From assembly GCA_030295235.1 (NCBI GenBank), contig AP026132.1:620001-684000 (forward strand): a stretch of DNA of 64,000 nucleotides, given 5' to 3'. The stretch comes from Fistulifera solaris. Lineage: Eukaryota. How positions within the stretch are numbered: position 1 is the first letter of the stretch; each line of letters begins with the position of its first letter. Shown in pieces: positions 1-11,805 of this stretch. The position numbers were made by a program, and so were the translations under genes. The notes beneath the pieces are model-generated. The model had not been told where the DNA came from. It did no database searches and saw only the letters and a list, made by a program, of their open reading frames with translations.

Positions 1-598
1 CAATTTTTGAAAGCATACGACTCCTGTGAACTGGATCGTTGCAATCGACTCAGGCCCACTATGATAACTACAGCTTGGAATGAGTTTCCTTTTTGGCTTT
101 TTGAAATGCACAATGCTGTGAACTTACGTCTAATGCGAGAACAAGCAAATGAAGAAACGCGAACTCTGACCGAAGAAGACGAAAGGAGATCACAATGGCC
201 TACTCGGCTGGAATGTCCAGGATGTTTCAATAACACGAATGGATCTTTTATCAAAGAAGCAGTTCTTCAACATCTCCGCATCGAGTATTGGTAAGTTCTT
301 TGCCCGAAAATTATTCAACTAAACTATGAAATTCCATGGCAAATCTAATTCTTTACTGTGAAGGCCCGATGATCAAATTACTCAAGAATATCGAAAACGA
401 TTGGGCGAAACGCTAGACGGCAGACAACCACATACTATGCTCTTTGCAATCACGCTTCTCTGTGGACTAGTGACGCTCGTCTTACTTCTGGGATATCTCG
501 TGCGGAAGTCCCTTCTACGTAGAAGGCGGAATCTCAACATTAAAGGTAAGCATTCGAAAGATTGTTGTAATGCATCTTTCTTCTTCCGTCCTTTCTGA
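1..598 (+). CDS. 3' part of an ERV/ALR-domain sulfhydryl oxidase (QSOX-like) with C-terminal TM helix; partial, intron ~291-363
   Basis: WLFEMHNAVNLRL and QWP..ECPGC are ERV/QSOX motifs; GTAAGT donor at 291 and AG at 362-363; hydrophobic segment LFAITLLCGLVTLVLLLGYLV followed by basic residues. Confidence 0.75.
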
Positions 599-1212
599 TT
601 TCATGCATCGTTCAACGAAGCAAATTGAACTGATATAATGCGAGTTTGCTGTAGTCCATACCTTGATATTTCATTCGTAATTGCCCTAACTAGGAAGTAG
701 CTGTAGATAGAATGACACACTTGATTCAAATGAAAAAATCCTGCCATTACTGGACTATGATTCACCCATTAAAGGGTTGTTTTCTGTTTGGTTTTCTCAA
801 TCTATTGACCGGTGCACCCAGGTTCTGCGGATTATTTTTTTAAAAGGCTACCGTGTAGGTAAGATATTGGAGGATGAACGATAACGAGAACGCGTTCATC
901 ATTCAATCCAGCAACATCATTAATATCATCAACAGTTTCTTATCATTTATCATCATCAACGGGTATGCGACGGCTTGAGGGAGTTCTGTGTCAACTCATA
1001 GTTTCGGACAACAACTTCCGGGACTGCCTTGTAACTGAGGAGGAGTCGTCGCACGCGCACGCACGTCGACAAAGAAAGCGTTTGACCGTCGACCGCTCTG
1101 TATTTTTAGCAGCCGATCATAAACGCCAGCAATAGCAATAAACAAAGCTATTATTACCAGATAAACGGAGAACTAAAACATTACTTGACAAGTAATCCCA
1201 CCAAATATTTGA

Positions 1213-2415
1213 ATGATTACATCGCTCGGTAAAAAGGCGGGCTCGCGCCTGGTTGTTCAAGGAGCGGCCAGTCGGTTTTGCCTACGAGAGCCCCTCTCAG
1301 CTGTCTGCTTTCTTAGCAGCAAAAGTGGTGGGGATGATTCTAGCCGAAAGAGCTTCCGACCTAGTCGTCGTCCTAGTCGCAACTACCGCCCTGTCTCTCC
1401 CTTGGTCACAAAAACGAAAAAGCAGATTGAGCTCGATAGAAAGGCAAACGCAAATAACCCTCTATACGAAGCGATCAACCCCGCCGCAGTCGATCTTGAC
1501 AGAGTCAGCGAGTATGACGACGAGCTGGAGTCAACATTTGGACCCTTACAAGCCGGTGTACTTCGTAGTATCCGTCAAGAAGTCGAGCGAAAGAAATCGG
1601 GCGAGTTGAAAGACGAAGTCGAAGAAGATTTGCGGATGGCGGACTACTTGACATCAGAGTTGGGATCGACGGAAGATTTAGTCTTTGCGCGGAGACTGCT
1701 GGCTGCGGGTATTCCCAACGAAAATGAGCGTAAGAAGTATGTCGCTGAACTTGCGGCGTTGATTGAGAAGAAACAGGAAGAAGACGTGTTGGGAGAGTAT
1801 CTTCATGACACGAAGCAAAGAGATGCGGAGAAGCAGACTCCCATGTTCCAGTCTCATCAGGATGACGACGAAGAAGGTGATTTTGATCCTGAAGTGTTCC
1901 TGGATCCGAATCAACTTGCTCACGGTGAGTGGAGTGAAATGCTGGTCACGGTCGACAGAACGACGAAACTTTGGCGAGGTGGAAGATTGGAGAGTTACCG
2001 TGCTTTAGTGATTGGTGGGAACCTAAACGGATGTGGCGGTTTTGGAATTGGAAAGTCAAAGGATCCTATAAATGCCGTTGCAGTGGCATCCCGCAAATGC
2101 AAGCGTAACATCTTTTTTGTAGATCGTTATCAAGGTAATGGATTGACATCGGATCTCGCCGGGAAGCAAAACTCGTGCAAGGTTTACCTTCGATCTACAG
2201 ACGATGGCTTACGGGGCAATCACCTTATTCGAGAGATCCTGAAGCGATTCGGTATCACAAACTGTGTAGCCAAGAGTCACGGCAACCGAAATCCCTACAA
2301 TGTTACCAGGGCAACGTTCAAGGCGCTTATGACTCACGAGTCCATTGAAGACATTGCGCTTAAACGAGGAAAACGACTTGTCAGCATTGATAGAGCTATG
2401 CGAATGCAAGTTTAA
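1213..2415 (+). CDS. MRPS5: Mitochondrial ribosomal protein uS5m
   Basis: C-terminal S5 motifs (GGRLESYRALVIGGNLNGCGGFGIGKS; KSHGNRNPYNVTRATFKAL); Arg/Ser-rich N-terminal presequence. Confidence 0.9.
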   Translation: MITSLGKKAGSRLVVQGAASRFCLREPLSAVCFLSSKSGGDDSSRKSFRPSRRPSRNYRPVSPLVTKTKKQIELDRKANANNPLYEAINPAAVDLDRVSEYDDELESTFGPLQAGVLRSIRQEVERKKSGELKDEVEEDLRMADYLTSELGSTEDLVFARRLLAAGIPNENERKKYVAELAALIEKKQEEDVLGEYLHDTKQRDAEKQTPMFQSHQDDDEEGDFDPEVFLDPNQLAHGEWSEMLVTVDRTTKLWRGGRLESYRALVIGGNLNGCGGFGIGKSKDPINAVAVASRKCKRNIFFVDRYQGNGLTSDLAGKQNSCKVYLRSTDDGLRGNHLIREILKRFGITNCVAKSHGNRNPYNVTRATFKALMTHESIEDIALKRGKRLVSIDRAMRMQV

Positions 2416-3068
2416 ATCACAAGCAGGTTGCTTTATTTGATTATTATTTGTTTACAAACTAGCATGAAATATTAGATATCGGAAAAGATGCGGAATTCAC
2501 GTAGTTGTGTGAACGTGATTCGCTTTGCTACGCAATTGGCAATCAAGCTAGTCATATCTCGTCGGTCTCGGCCTGTTCTCTGAAGTTCAACGCCTGAGAA
2601 GATGCAAGGAGCAATTAGTATAATGGCATGCACATTCACGTACGAAACGTTCAGAAAAAATGACTCGGAGAACTTTGAAGGTTGTATCCATCCATTGCGA
2701 AAGAGCGTCAAGGATCACGATGTTTGTTGTCCTCATTGTCATACTTCCTACAGAAATGGTGTACCGAAAACTTACAGCGATTTCCTACAAGTTCGAACGT
2801 ATATTCCAAGGACTCTCATGACTCGCTTATCCTGTAAAAGAGTGGATAATGATGTGAGTAATTGAATCATTTGCAACACAACTCAAACTTTGTCATTACT
2901 CGATCATGAACAATTTTCTCGCCATGGAAGTTTGTCAATGTCCGACAGGTAAACGGCTTATTATTGTGTGTATGAATCACTTCGAGAAAAGTCAAATACG
3001 CGCCAAATTGGGCTTACCTTTATTCATTTCTGCTCTCATCGATGGAGACAACTCAAAGACGGCTTTCG

Positions 3069-3923
3069 CTAGAAGTCGACCGACTCAATCAGATTCGAGA
3101 CGGCTTTCGCTAAAAGACGACTGGTACGATGCATCGGAAGTCCCATGACGGTAAAGAAATCACCTTGGACCTGCCGAACAAGTTGGCCTCCTATTCCTTG
3201 AATACCGTATGACCCCGCCTTATCCATGGGTTCACCTGTCGCGACGTATGCATCGATAGTCTTGTCGCTTAACATCGCAAAAGTCACCATAGCCTCATCG
3301 GTAAAGGAATCCACAAAATCAACTTCTTTCTTTCCGGGAGTGATTCGATACAGGGCAACTCCAGTGTGCACCGAATGCTCAGCTCCAGACAAACGCTGTA
3401 ACATTCGCTTTGCATCGGCTTGATCTTTCGGTTTTTCAAGGATGCGAGAGTCAATATCAACGACCGTATCGCTCCCTAATACCAATGTTATTTGATTCGT
3501 TGTCAATGACAGAGCCAGACTTTCCGCCAAAGCACGTGCTTTTTCTTCTGCCAAGATCCGCGTGTACTCGGCTGGAATGGAAATGTTCTCGTTCACCAGC
3601 TTGCTTTGCAATGCACTTTCGTCCAGCGGCGAAGGAATGACATCAAATCTACCTTTCAAGCCCATCATTTCTAGAATTTCGACTCTACGGGGACTTTGAC
3701 TCGCTAGGATAAGCCGGATAGACGAATCTTGTCCGAGGTGACTTGACAATGACAGCACCAGATCGCTGCAATCTCCCGAGAGCATATCTTGCCCAACAAT
3801 GACTCCTGTCATCGACTTGTTTATAAAAAGAAGTTTTTCTCGATTCGAAGTTGGCCAAGACCCAAAGAAAAATGAATTGGTGCACACGAATAATGTTGTG
3901 ACTAGAAAGAGTTTCTTCCTCAT
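3069..3923 (-). CDS. Maf-family nucleoside triphosphate pyrophosphatase, with N-terminal targeting extension
   Basis: LILASQSPRR, EKA, GSDTVV, ILEKP, H.VHTGV, DKAGSYGIQG, GDFFTVMGLP. Confidence 0.9.
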   Translation of the reverse strand: MRKKLFLVTTLFVCTNSFFFGSWPTSNREKLLFINKSMTGVIVGQDMLSGDCSDLVLSLSSHLGQDSSIRLILASQSPRRVEILEMMGLKGRFDVIPSPLDESALQSKLVNENISIPAEYTRILAEEKARALAESLALSLTTNQITLVLGSDTVVDIDSRILEKPKDQADAKRMLQRLSGAEHSVHTGVALYRITPGKKEVDFVDSFTDEAMVTFAMLSDKTIDAYVATGEPMDKAGSYGIQGIGGQLVRQVQGDFFTVMGLPMHRTSRLLAKAVSNLIESVDF

Positions 3924-4360
3924 TGCCTCGAGATGGGAGCCTTATCCGGAACAGGTCTCCTAGCTCCGCATCGACAGCGGAATCGACGTTTTCGTACTCG
4001 GCAGCTATTGCAGTCAATAGTCTATCAAAGATGAACAGGGATCAAGCACACTTTTGATGGAAACCATGGTGTGCGCAAGATTCTTTTGTGGTCAGAAAAT
4101 CCGCGGTTGTGAGGATTTTGCAATGGATCACAACAACGCGCGCGCAGCACAGACGGAAGCGTCCGTCCTCCGTCAGACCAAGTCATTTTCGACACGACTG
4201 AACGTTCAGTCATGAGAAAGAAATCTAAGGCTTATTTTTTGTTGCACATGATCTAATTTATTGACACACTATTTTATATGATAAACAAACTTCTCAAATT
4301 TCTCTTCACATTAACCTTTACTTAATGTGGCTTTGCTATTCCTAATTTAGCCTCCTTGCT

Positions 4361-6462
4361 TTAGGCAGAATTATGGCTGCATTTCTTCTCCGATCTTGCC
4401 ACCTTCCGGAACCCTCGGTTAACAATTCTGCATAATGGGCCGCAATGATCAGCATGAGTATCAAAGAATTTATGCATGCCTTCCTTGCCGTGATCAGTTC
4501 TACCGTGAACGTTCTTGCGACATGTGTATGCTCGGGGGTTGTAATAGTGTATGACAGGATCTGAAAAGAGTAAAACATTGTTTGCTTCGTCATAGACACC
4601 TTGGAGATCACAAACTAGCCGCTTCTTCCACGTAGCCAAGTAACTAAAGTGAGAGAACGCCTGCGCAACCTCAAAAGGACTGAAGACGACAGTGTTCTTT
4701 CCTTGGAGGACATCCGGTCCCGCCTTTTCCTCATCCGAGTCTTCTTCTTCCTCACTACCTTCCTCAATAATATCACCTTCAAAGTGAGCAACTCGAGTCA
4801 TGTTGATCTCAGCAAGACGTAGACCTTCCTCAGAAAACACTGGAGCCTTTTTCATTCCCTCTACGAAGCCATTGTTGGAATTCCATTTCTGCCACTTCGT
4901 GTGGTCGAGCTTGTCTTCCACCAAGACACTCAACACTCCAAGGTTATCATCGTCCAGCTCGTAAATAGAACAATCCAGGAAATCCACAGTGGGTGTGCGC
5001 TCATCAACACGGTACGACGTTTTCGGTTTGGCATTGAAATCTTTGGCTAGGCGACGAGCAAGCTGCTGCGTCTTGCAAAGCGTAGCTGTAAATTCTTTCC
5101 GAGCCAGCTCATCGGCACTGTCGACATCAAGAATCAGACGACTCTCCTTTACTACCATCGGCTTACCGACAATTGTCTTACAGTCCGCTGCCAGCTCAAA
5201 AAACCGATAAGCGAATCGTTCAGCACCTTCACCAAATGGACCCTTAGCAAATGCTACATATCTAGCGTCAGGATGCTGCAATTCTGTTTTCTCGTATCTG
5301 TGTCGCGTTTTGTTCCTGCCATCAACATCAGGCTCCATGTCGTTTTGGCGAGGGAATAAATCCAGAATTCTTCGTCCGAGACGCTCAAGATATCCTGTCC
5401 CGCTTTGCTCCGAGATTCCCTGAGAATGTTTCGAACTTGTCGTTGTTTCTTAGAGTGCGCGTCAGTCAACTCAAGTTGCGTCGACGTAATAGATGTTGCA
5501 ACGGATGTGAATACTTCTCCAAGTGCTGAAGAAGTCATGGACGGGAGGCAGAAGTCAGCATGGGCACCGTACTCATCTGCAGCATCAACCATTCGTCTAA
5601 GCATATCAAATTCTTCATAGTCGCCTATCGCAATCGCTTTAAATGTGAGCCGTCTACCAAACTGTTTGGCCAAGTTTCCAACTGTGCTCTCAATCATTTC
5701 ATAACATCCGTCTTTTCCCAAACCAGCTCCGTGTGTGGCATCAGAGGGTCTTCCGTCTGATAAGAAAGTGAGTGATACAGCACAAGATGCATTCGGGTTT
5801 CGTAGCAGCAGCGCCTCTGCTTTTTCTAAGCTAGGCAAAAATGGCCCATGTCCTTGAGGTCGTACGAGCCCTTGGCGGTAAAGCTTCACGATCTTGTTGT
5901 AGAGTACCCACGAACAAGGTTCTTCTTCGAAAATTACAGTGGCCGTTTCTCCCAATGTAACGACCGATATAACATCAGTGAGGCACCCTTCTCCTGTTTT
6001 TAATCGAGTGGCTAGAAAATCAAGAGCAATGGATATCCAAACAGCATCCAAACGGGTTCTTGCGCCCCACACATCCGCTTCCCTCATGCTCCCTGATGTG
6101 TCCACGACGAGAACTGAGTTCGATGTCCAGCACAGGTGATCCTCCTTGATCTTTCGGCAAGCTTTCATGTACTCCGACTGCATACCTGTTGATAAAGGGA
6201 CCTTTTTAAGCTCAAGCGGTTTTGCATAGCATGTTATCTCTTGGCCTGTCTTTTCGTTCACAATGTATGTGATGCCCTGATAGACATATTTGGCAGTCCG
6301 TTGCCCTCTACATCGAAAATACTCGCTCCGAATTCCGTATTTCTTGGCGGATTGAAGATCTTTCTTATCGATTCCGCGCTGCTTTCGGCGCATTCGACCG
6401 TGCTCGGTCTCCACAAAGGTGATCGCCGAAGTGCGGATCGAGTTTGCTGTAGCGCTCAGCAT
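4361..6462 (-). CDS. DUF4258-like + vWA + alpha-kinase protein, copy 1; split into two ORFs (5254-6462 and 4361-5338) by a ~22-nt deletion
   Basis: TEHGRMRRKQRGI N-terminus; vWA MIDAS VVDTSGSM and FLSDG; alpha-kinase motifs FGEGAER, VKES, KWNSNNG, QAFSHFSY, LVCDLQGV, SDPVIH, GRTDHGKEG, H..C..LC; aligns by eye with the copy at 60891. Confidence 0.85.
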
Positions 6463-6926
6463 CGTATCACCGAAGATAAACTATAACAGTAAAGATACTT
6501 CCGGTGTTTGCTACTCCGTGGCAAACATGTGCTGAAAAGTGAAATAAATGAGAGCATTCTTGGGTTTGTTTATTGCAATCAAAGTGCCGACAGCAACGAC
6601 GATCCGAGATTGGAGGATCTTTATGTGAGGAATAAACTCGATTGGTTGACGAGAAATTCGTTCAAGTTTTTGTGAGAGTTTTCGAGACACCACAACACGA
6701 TTTCTGCTTATGCAGAAGCGGACCTTGTGAGTGAGTCACGCGCCACGCACCACCCACGTACCTCTAAGTGCAGATTCGTGATTCAAATGAGTGATGTTTC
6801 GTCGCGGACGAGTATTTTACTTTTGTCTCGCGATGATCGAGCTGCACCCATTGCCAATTATACATGGCATGCTGCCTGAAAATCGCTGCTTTCCCTTCTC
6901 TTTTGTTACAAATATAATAAAGAACG

Positions 6927-8106
6927 ATGACGGACTGGATGGATGCTCGAATTTCGGATCTTAATCCTTGTAGCTTGGAAACAATCACGCAATCGGTCGA
7001 AGTAATCGACGGTGACGATACCTCCAGAGTCTGGCCTCTTATGCTTTCTTGCTATCAGTTATCCGAACAAAACAGTACCCGATGCGGTAGCATGGAATTA
7101 CATCTTGTCAAAGTACCCGACGGCGGATCACCGCAATCGATGGAGTTTGGGAAACCGTACACGATTCTGTTTCCGTCGGAAACATCGGGAATCTTGGACG
7201 GAAAATGGACGGAAGTGTCGTCGTCAACACAAAATGAATCATCATGGTGCTTTGCAACGGCACATTCAACTGGAGAAATCAGATTGCAGTCGTTTCGTTT
7301 CGGAGGAGCATCAGATCAAAGAGAAAAGCCATTTCGTACAACATTCTTGGGCCAGAGTGAAGTAGACGAAACAAAAAATGGCCCGCTGTGTCTCTCCCTG
7401 AATTGGGACAAGACCGCTAATAGCGATCAGAAAAGAATTGTTTCCACATACTCCAACGGCACGGTAGAACTGCACGACGTTTACTTTTCATCCTCAACCG
7501 GCGCGGCAAACATCGTGCGCAAAGAAGCATGGCAAGCGCACACCCTGTTTCAGACACCTACCGAAGTTTGGTCGGCCTGTATCGTACAAGATTCCGTTGT
7601 TTCCTGTGGCGACGACGGGGCTTACAAATTATGGGATATTCGGTGCCTGAACAAGCCGTCGCATGTTCTCCGTACTTTTGACGCTGGTGTGACCTGTGCA
7701 TCTGCCCACGTAGCCGACCCAAACATATTTGCCGTCGGCAGCTACGATGAATCCATTTGTATTCACGATATACGATTCATGAGTGATACGCACAGTCTGC
7801 TCAAAACAGGATCACTGGGTGGAGGAATCTGGAGAATCAAATGGCATCCTTATCTACACAATCTTATCCTGGTTGGTGCGATGCATGGTGGGTGTTGTGT
7901 CCTGGAATTGGAAGGACTCGACATAACCGAAGGCTCTGATGTAAAACACTATATAACAAAAGAATTCACGGCGCACGAAAGCATGGCGTATGGTGCCGAC
8001 TGGCTTTGTTATAAGGATCCCTATACGCAAAAAAACTATGGAAGCGGCAGCGAGTTGCTCCTTCTATGACAAATCAGTTTATCTATGGAAAAGTTGTGAT
8101 GGATAG
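6927..8106 (+). CDS. DPH7: Diphthine methyl ester acylhydrolase DPH7 (WDR85), WD40; 1-nt frameshift in the A-run at ~8030
   Basis: GILDGKW, LCLSLNW, WQAH...EVW, GSYDE, LGGGIWRIKWHP, HESMAYGADW; the shifted frame continues MEAAASCSFYDKSVYLW to TAG at 8104-8106. Confidence 0.85.
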
Positions 8107-8630
8107 CCATCAAAAAATTGATTAAGCGTCAGCAGGTTGACTTTCTTAAAAATCAATCGAGATTTCCAACGTCTTGTGAAAACTAACAGCTTCATTCTCC
8201 ACTTCATTGCAGGCATCATTTTCGTCGATTCTGCTGAGCTTGTCGGCGTATCCATTCCCGGCACCACAAGATAGTCATCATCCGCATCAGTGGCGTTTCA
8301 AAAAGAAGCGATGGACGGGCAGGAACATGTATTAATGATGCTCGCTGGATGGATGGACAAAGCCTTTCTCTGCTTTACCGATACCTTTGATGTCTATGTC
8401 GAATGCGAAAGCTTGGTTGGATTTATACGGCACAACCAGTTTTTTTATTAAAAAAATGCTCCCTAGGAGAAACAGTAAAATGGGCCCTGTACTCGTCATT
8501 GCCTACGAACGTGATCAAATGACGAGCTCAAGGAAGAACATGAAAAGAAGCGATAAGTATGGAAATGCGAATGACGATTAACGTTGTGAGTGAGCAGCCT
8601 CGAGTAACAGAAAAGGTCCGCCGTTGAAAG

Positions 8631-9713
8631 TTACACCCAAAAATGAGCGCTAATGCCTTTTTGACGTAGTTTGTTGAAGAGTTCTAGACTCTCCTTGATA
8701 GTTCCTTGAACTTTACTTCCCCAATTCGGTAATAATTCTTTCAATCCAACATGATGTTCAAAGTAGAAATGATCAATCAAACTAGACAGTTCCCTATCTT
8801 CCATTAACTGCTGCGCCAAGGCCATTTCGAGATGAGGAGTGTCAATATCGAGCTTCACAATGATCAAATCATCCCGATTAAAGTTTTTCTTGATGGTAGT
8901 AAAAGGATTCAATACATTGCCCGGTTCGACCGACACACCCAAATTGATCCAATGGTAGGCCGACATGATAGGCGGTGGAAGCTTCTGATAGACTTCGGCC
9001 GGTTCCGTTGGTTTCAGCTCAAAGGCATAAATGTGATCAAAGGGGAGTCCAAACCGGTGAAAGAGATTTATCAAATAAAGAGCAGGACTATCTTCCTTTC
9101 CATGAAACTGAAGCGACGCCCCCATGTCGACCAACACAATCCGCGAGGTTCGCTTCAAATTACGACACATGGTTCCAAAGTCGTGCACCAAATAATTGAG
9201 ATCCAATAGATATTGAGAATGCTGTTCACAGAAGATAGGGTGCCGCATGGGCGGCAACAATGGTTCGACATATCCGGAAGACGGCGTCCAAGAAAGTTGA
9301 TGGCTCTTTTGAAAAATGCCTCGTAGGCCGTTTGGGTGCAGATCGACCAATCGACATTCATCATCACTGACGCGTAATCTTAAATCGGCAATTTGGGTTC
9401 GGAAGGCTTTGACACGTGCGGTATAATCCTCCAAGTCACGACGATACTCCATCAATTGCGAATGAATTGTGGACGTAGAGGCGTTGTTCCAGATGCGACA
9501 ACCCAGTTGTTCTCCGTCGGCATCGTAACCCAATTGTTGTGCTTTCTCGATGACGTACGATTCGACGGCCGCGGGAACATACGATGATGAACGACCCGCT
9601 GGACCGGTAGATGATGACAATAAATCGACCGTAATCATATTATGTTCACAGTCGAGAGAGAACGTAAGAATATGGTGCATGGTGAATGCTGCCACGACGA
9701 GGCAGAGCAACAC
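8631..9713 (-). CDS. Membrane-anchored FkbM-like (SAM-dependent methyltransferase fold) protein; true start uncertain
   Basis: N-terminal hydrophobic anchor; RIVLVDMGAS, HIYAFE, IVKLDIDT and YFEHH motifs typical of FkbM-like proteins. Confidence 0.55.
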   Translation of the reverse strand: MLLCLVVAAFTMHHILTFSLDCEHNMITVDLLSSSTGPAGRSSSYVPAAVESYVIEKAQQLGYDADGEQLGCRIWNNASTSTIHSQLMEYRRDLEDYTARVKAFRTQIADLRLRVSDDECRLVDLHPNGLRGIFQKSHQLSWTPSSGYVEPLLPPMRHPIFCEQHSQYLLDLNYLVHDFGTMCRNLKRTSRIVLVDMGASLQFHGKEDSPALYLINLFHRFGLPFDHIYAFELKPTEPAEVYQKLPPPIMSAYHWINLGVSVEPGNVLNPFTTIKKNFNRDDLIIVKLDIDTPHLEMALAQQLMEDRELSSLIDHFYFEHHVGLKELLPNWGSKVQGTIKESLELFNKLRQKGISAHFWV

Positions 9714-9999
9714 CCACGGCGTTGTAGGGATATTTCTCTTTGATAGGGGCTAAAAAGTGGTTTCATTATCGAATATGTTGAATAGAATGATGGTTTTGGT
9801 CGAATGAAGATCGAGGAAATAATCTCCTCGAGATTATTCGAGATACCGTCGAAAGAAGTTGTCGCTTTTGTCTTTTTTTTATTTGTTACCAGGTACTGTA
9901 TAGCGTATAGCTCGAATAAGATCCAAGATCCGATTCGATTTATTAAAGGCGCGTGACGCGTGACACGTGCTACTGGCTGTCTTGAAAACGCTCGATACT

Positions 10000-10260
10000 C
10001 AGAGTACGTACTAAATGATAAATAATAAAGAATAAAATGATTATTTATTATTTATTTATTACTACATAGTACGTAGAATGAATGATGAATGACGAAGACG
10101 AATGCAATAAATGATAAATGATAAATGTAAATGATACGTAGTACGTAGTACCGGTACTTAACTCATTGGTAGTACCGTAGACCGTAGTACCTAATAATAC
10201 CTAATACCTAATACTGTACCCAATACTTTGAAGGTTGAACTTTAAATAAATAGGGTTTTG
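10000..10260. repeat. AT-rich low-complexity tract with short repeats (ATAAATG, TACCTAA, GTAC)
   Basis: Directly visible (ataaatg)x3, (atacctaat)x3 and multiple gtac/tacgta. Confidence 0.7.
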
Positions 10261-10565
10261 TACTGGTACTGGTACCAGCTCTAAACCTAGAAAAAATACG
10301 GCTACGCCCGTATTTTTCCTAGTCTAAACTCTAAACTCTAGCTTTAGCTCTAGAGAGTAAAATGTTATACGTCCTTACTAGAGAGAGAAAAGAGGAACCG
10401 CCGGGTTCCAGGTTCCAGCTTCCAGCTTCCAGGTTAAGAACGTGTACTTCTAACGTCCTTACTCCAAGCTTCCAAGCCCGACCCCCTATCTGGACGGGTC
10501 GGATGGGTTTAGCGGAATGGTTTGTCTCCAGAACCCTTCCTCATTTTTCGCCTACGGCAGGCTGT

Positions 10566-11545
10566 GTTCGTTCCAGAAATTCTGGACTTGATGTTTGCAA
10601 TCATACGGAAATTCCGTGGTCGGTCCAGAAATTCTGGAAATAGTGTTTTCAAGCGTATAGAAATTCTGTCGTCGTTCCAGAACTTCTAGACTTAGACTGA
10701 TGTTGTTGCAGTCATACAAAAATTCTGTCGTAGTTCCAAAAATTCTGGACTTGGTGTTTGCGATCATACAGAAATTCTGTCGTCGTTCCAGAAATTCTGA
10801 ACTTAGACTAATGTTTGCGGTCATACAAAAATTCTGCGGTCGTTCCACAAATTCTGGACTTGATGTTTGCGATCATACAGAAGTTCTGTGGTCGGTTCAG
10901 AAATTTTGGACTTGCTGTTTGCGATCATACAGAGCGCTGTGGTCGTTCCGGAAATTCTGGACATGATTCATGCAGAAAATTCTGTGGCCGATTCAGAAAT
11001 TTTGGACTTGATGTTTGCGATCACAGAAATTCTGTGGTCGGTCCAGAAATTATGAACTAGGTGTTTGCGATCATACAGAAGTTCTGCGGTCGCTCCAGAA
11101 ATTTAGAAATTCTGGACTTAGAAATTTTGGACTTGCTGCTTGCGATCATACAGACATGCTGTGGTCGTTCCGGAAATTCTGGACATGATTCATGCAGAAA
11201 ATTCTATGGCCGATTCAGAAATTTTGGACTTGATGTTTGCGATCACACAGAAATTCTATGGTCGGTCCAAAAATTCAGAAATTCTGGACTTGATGTTTGC
11301 GGTCATACAAAAATTCTGCGGTCGTTCCAGATATTCTGGACTTGATGTTTGCGATCATACAGAAAATCTGTGGTCGGTCCAGAAATTCTGGAGATGATTC
11401 ATGCAGAAATTCTGTGGCCGATTCAGAAATTCGGAATTGTTGTTTGCGATCACACAGAAATTCTGTGGTCGGTCCAGAGTCCAGAAATTGGCCGTTCTAG
11501 AAATCTGGAATCGGTGTTCGTTCGACGTTTCAGAAATTCTGAAAT
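10566..11545. repeat. Tandem satellite, ~52-bp unit (GTTTGCGATCATACAGAAATTCTGTGGTCGGTCCAGAAATTCTGGACTTGAT), roughly 18 degenerate copies with higher-order blocks
   Basis: Unit read directly; block ~10899-11023 recurs at ~11120-11245 and partly at ~11380-11455. Confidence 0.92.
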
Positions 11546-11805
11546 TGGTGTTTGCTTTCCCATTGTTTTCATTGATCGATGAGCCAATCGACCGTCAATT
11601 CCTCGGACTCCCATGGTCCATCGGAGGATTTCGGCGGCACAGAATCTGCAAATTGTCAACGCTGACAGCCCCAGCCAGCCGGAGGTCCTAAGTAACCATT
11701 TAAATGGAACTTAACACCTAAGGTGTGTGAAACCATACTTGTAGTAACGGATAGGTTATTCTAAATTATACGGAGTAGATTACTTAAAAATCAATTTTGC
11801 CAAAG

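Noticed and set aside
2472..3060. Small ORFs between uS5m and Maf
   Set aside because: Short, on both strands, with no recognisable domain
10320..10352. Interstitial telomeric repeat (CTAAACT runs)
   Set aside because: Only 2-3 degenerate units; no true (CCCTAA)n or (CCCTAAA)n tract
10566..11545. CRISPR array, or repeat-protein ORFs in the satellite
   Set aside because: No unique spacers and no cas genes; the ORFs in all frames are just translations of a 52-bp unit that is not a multiple of 3
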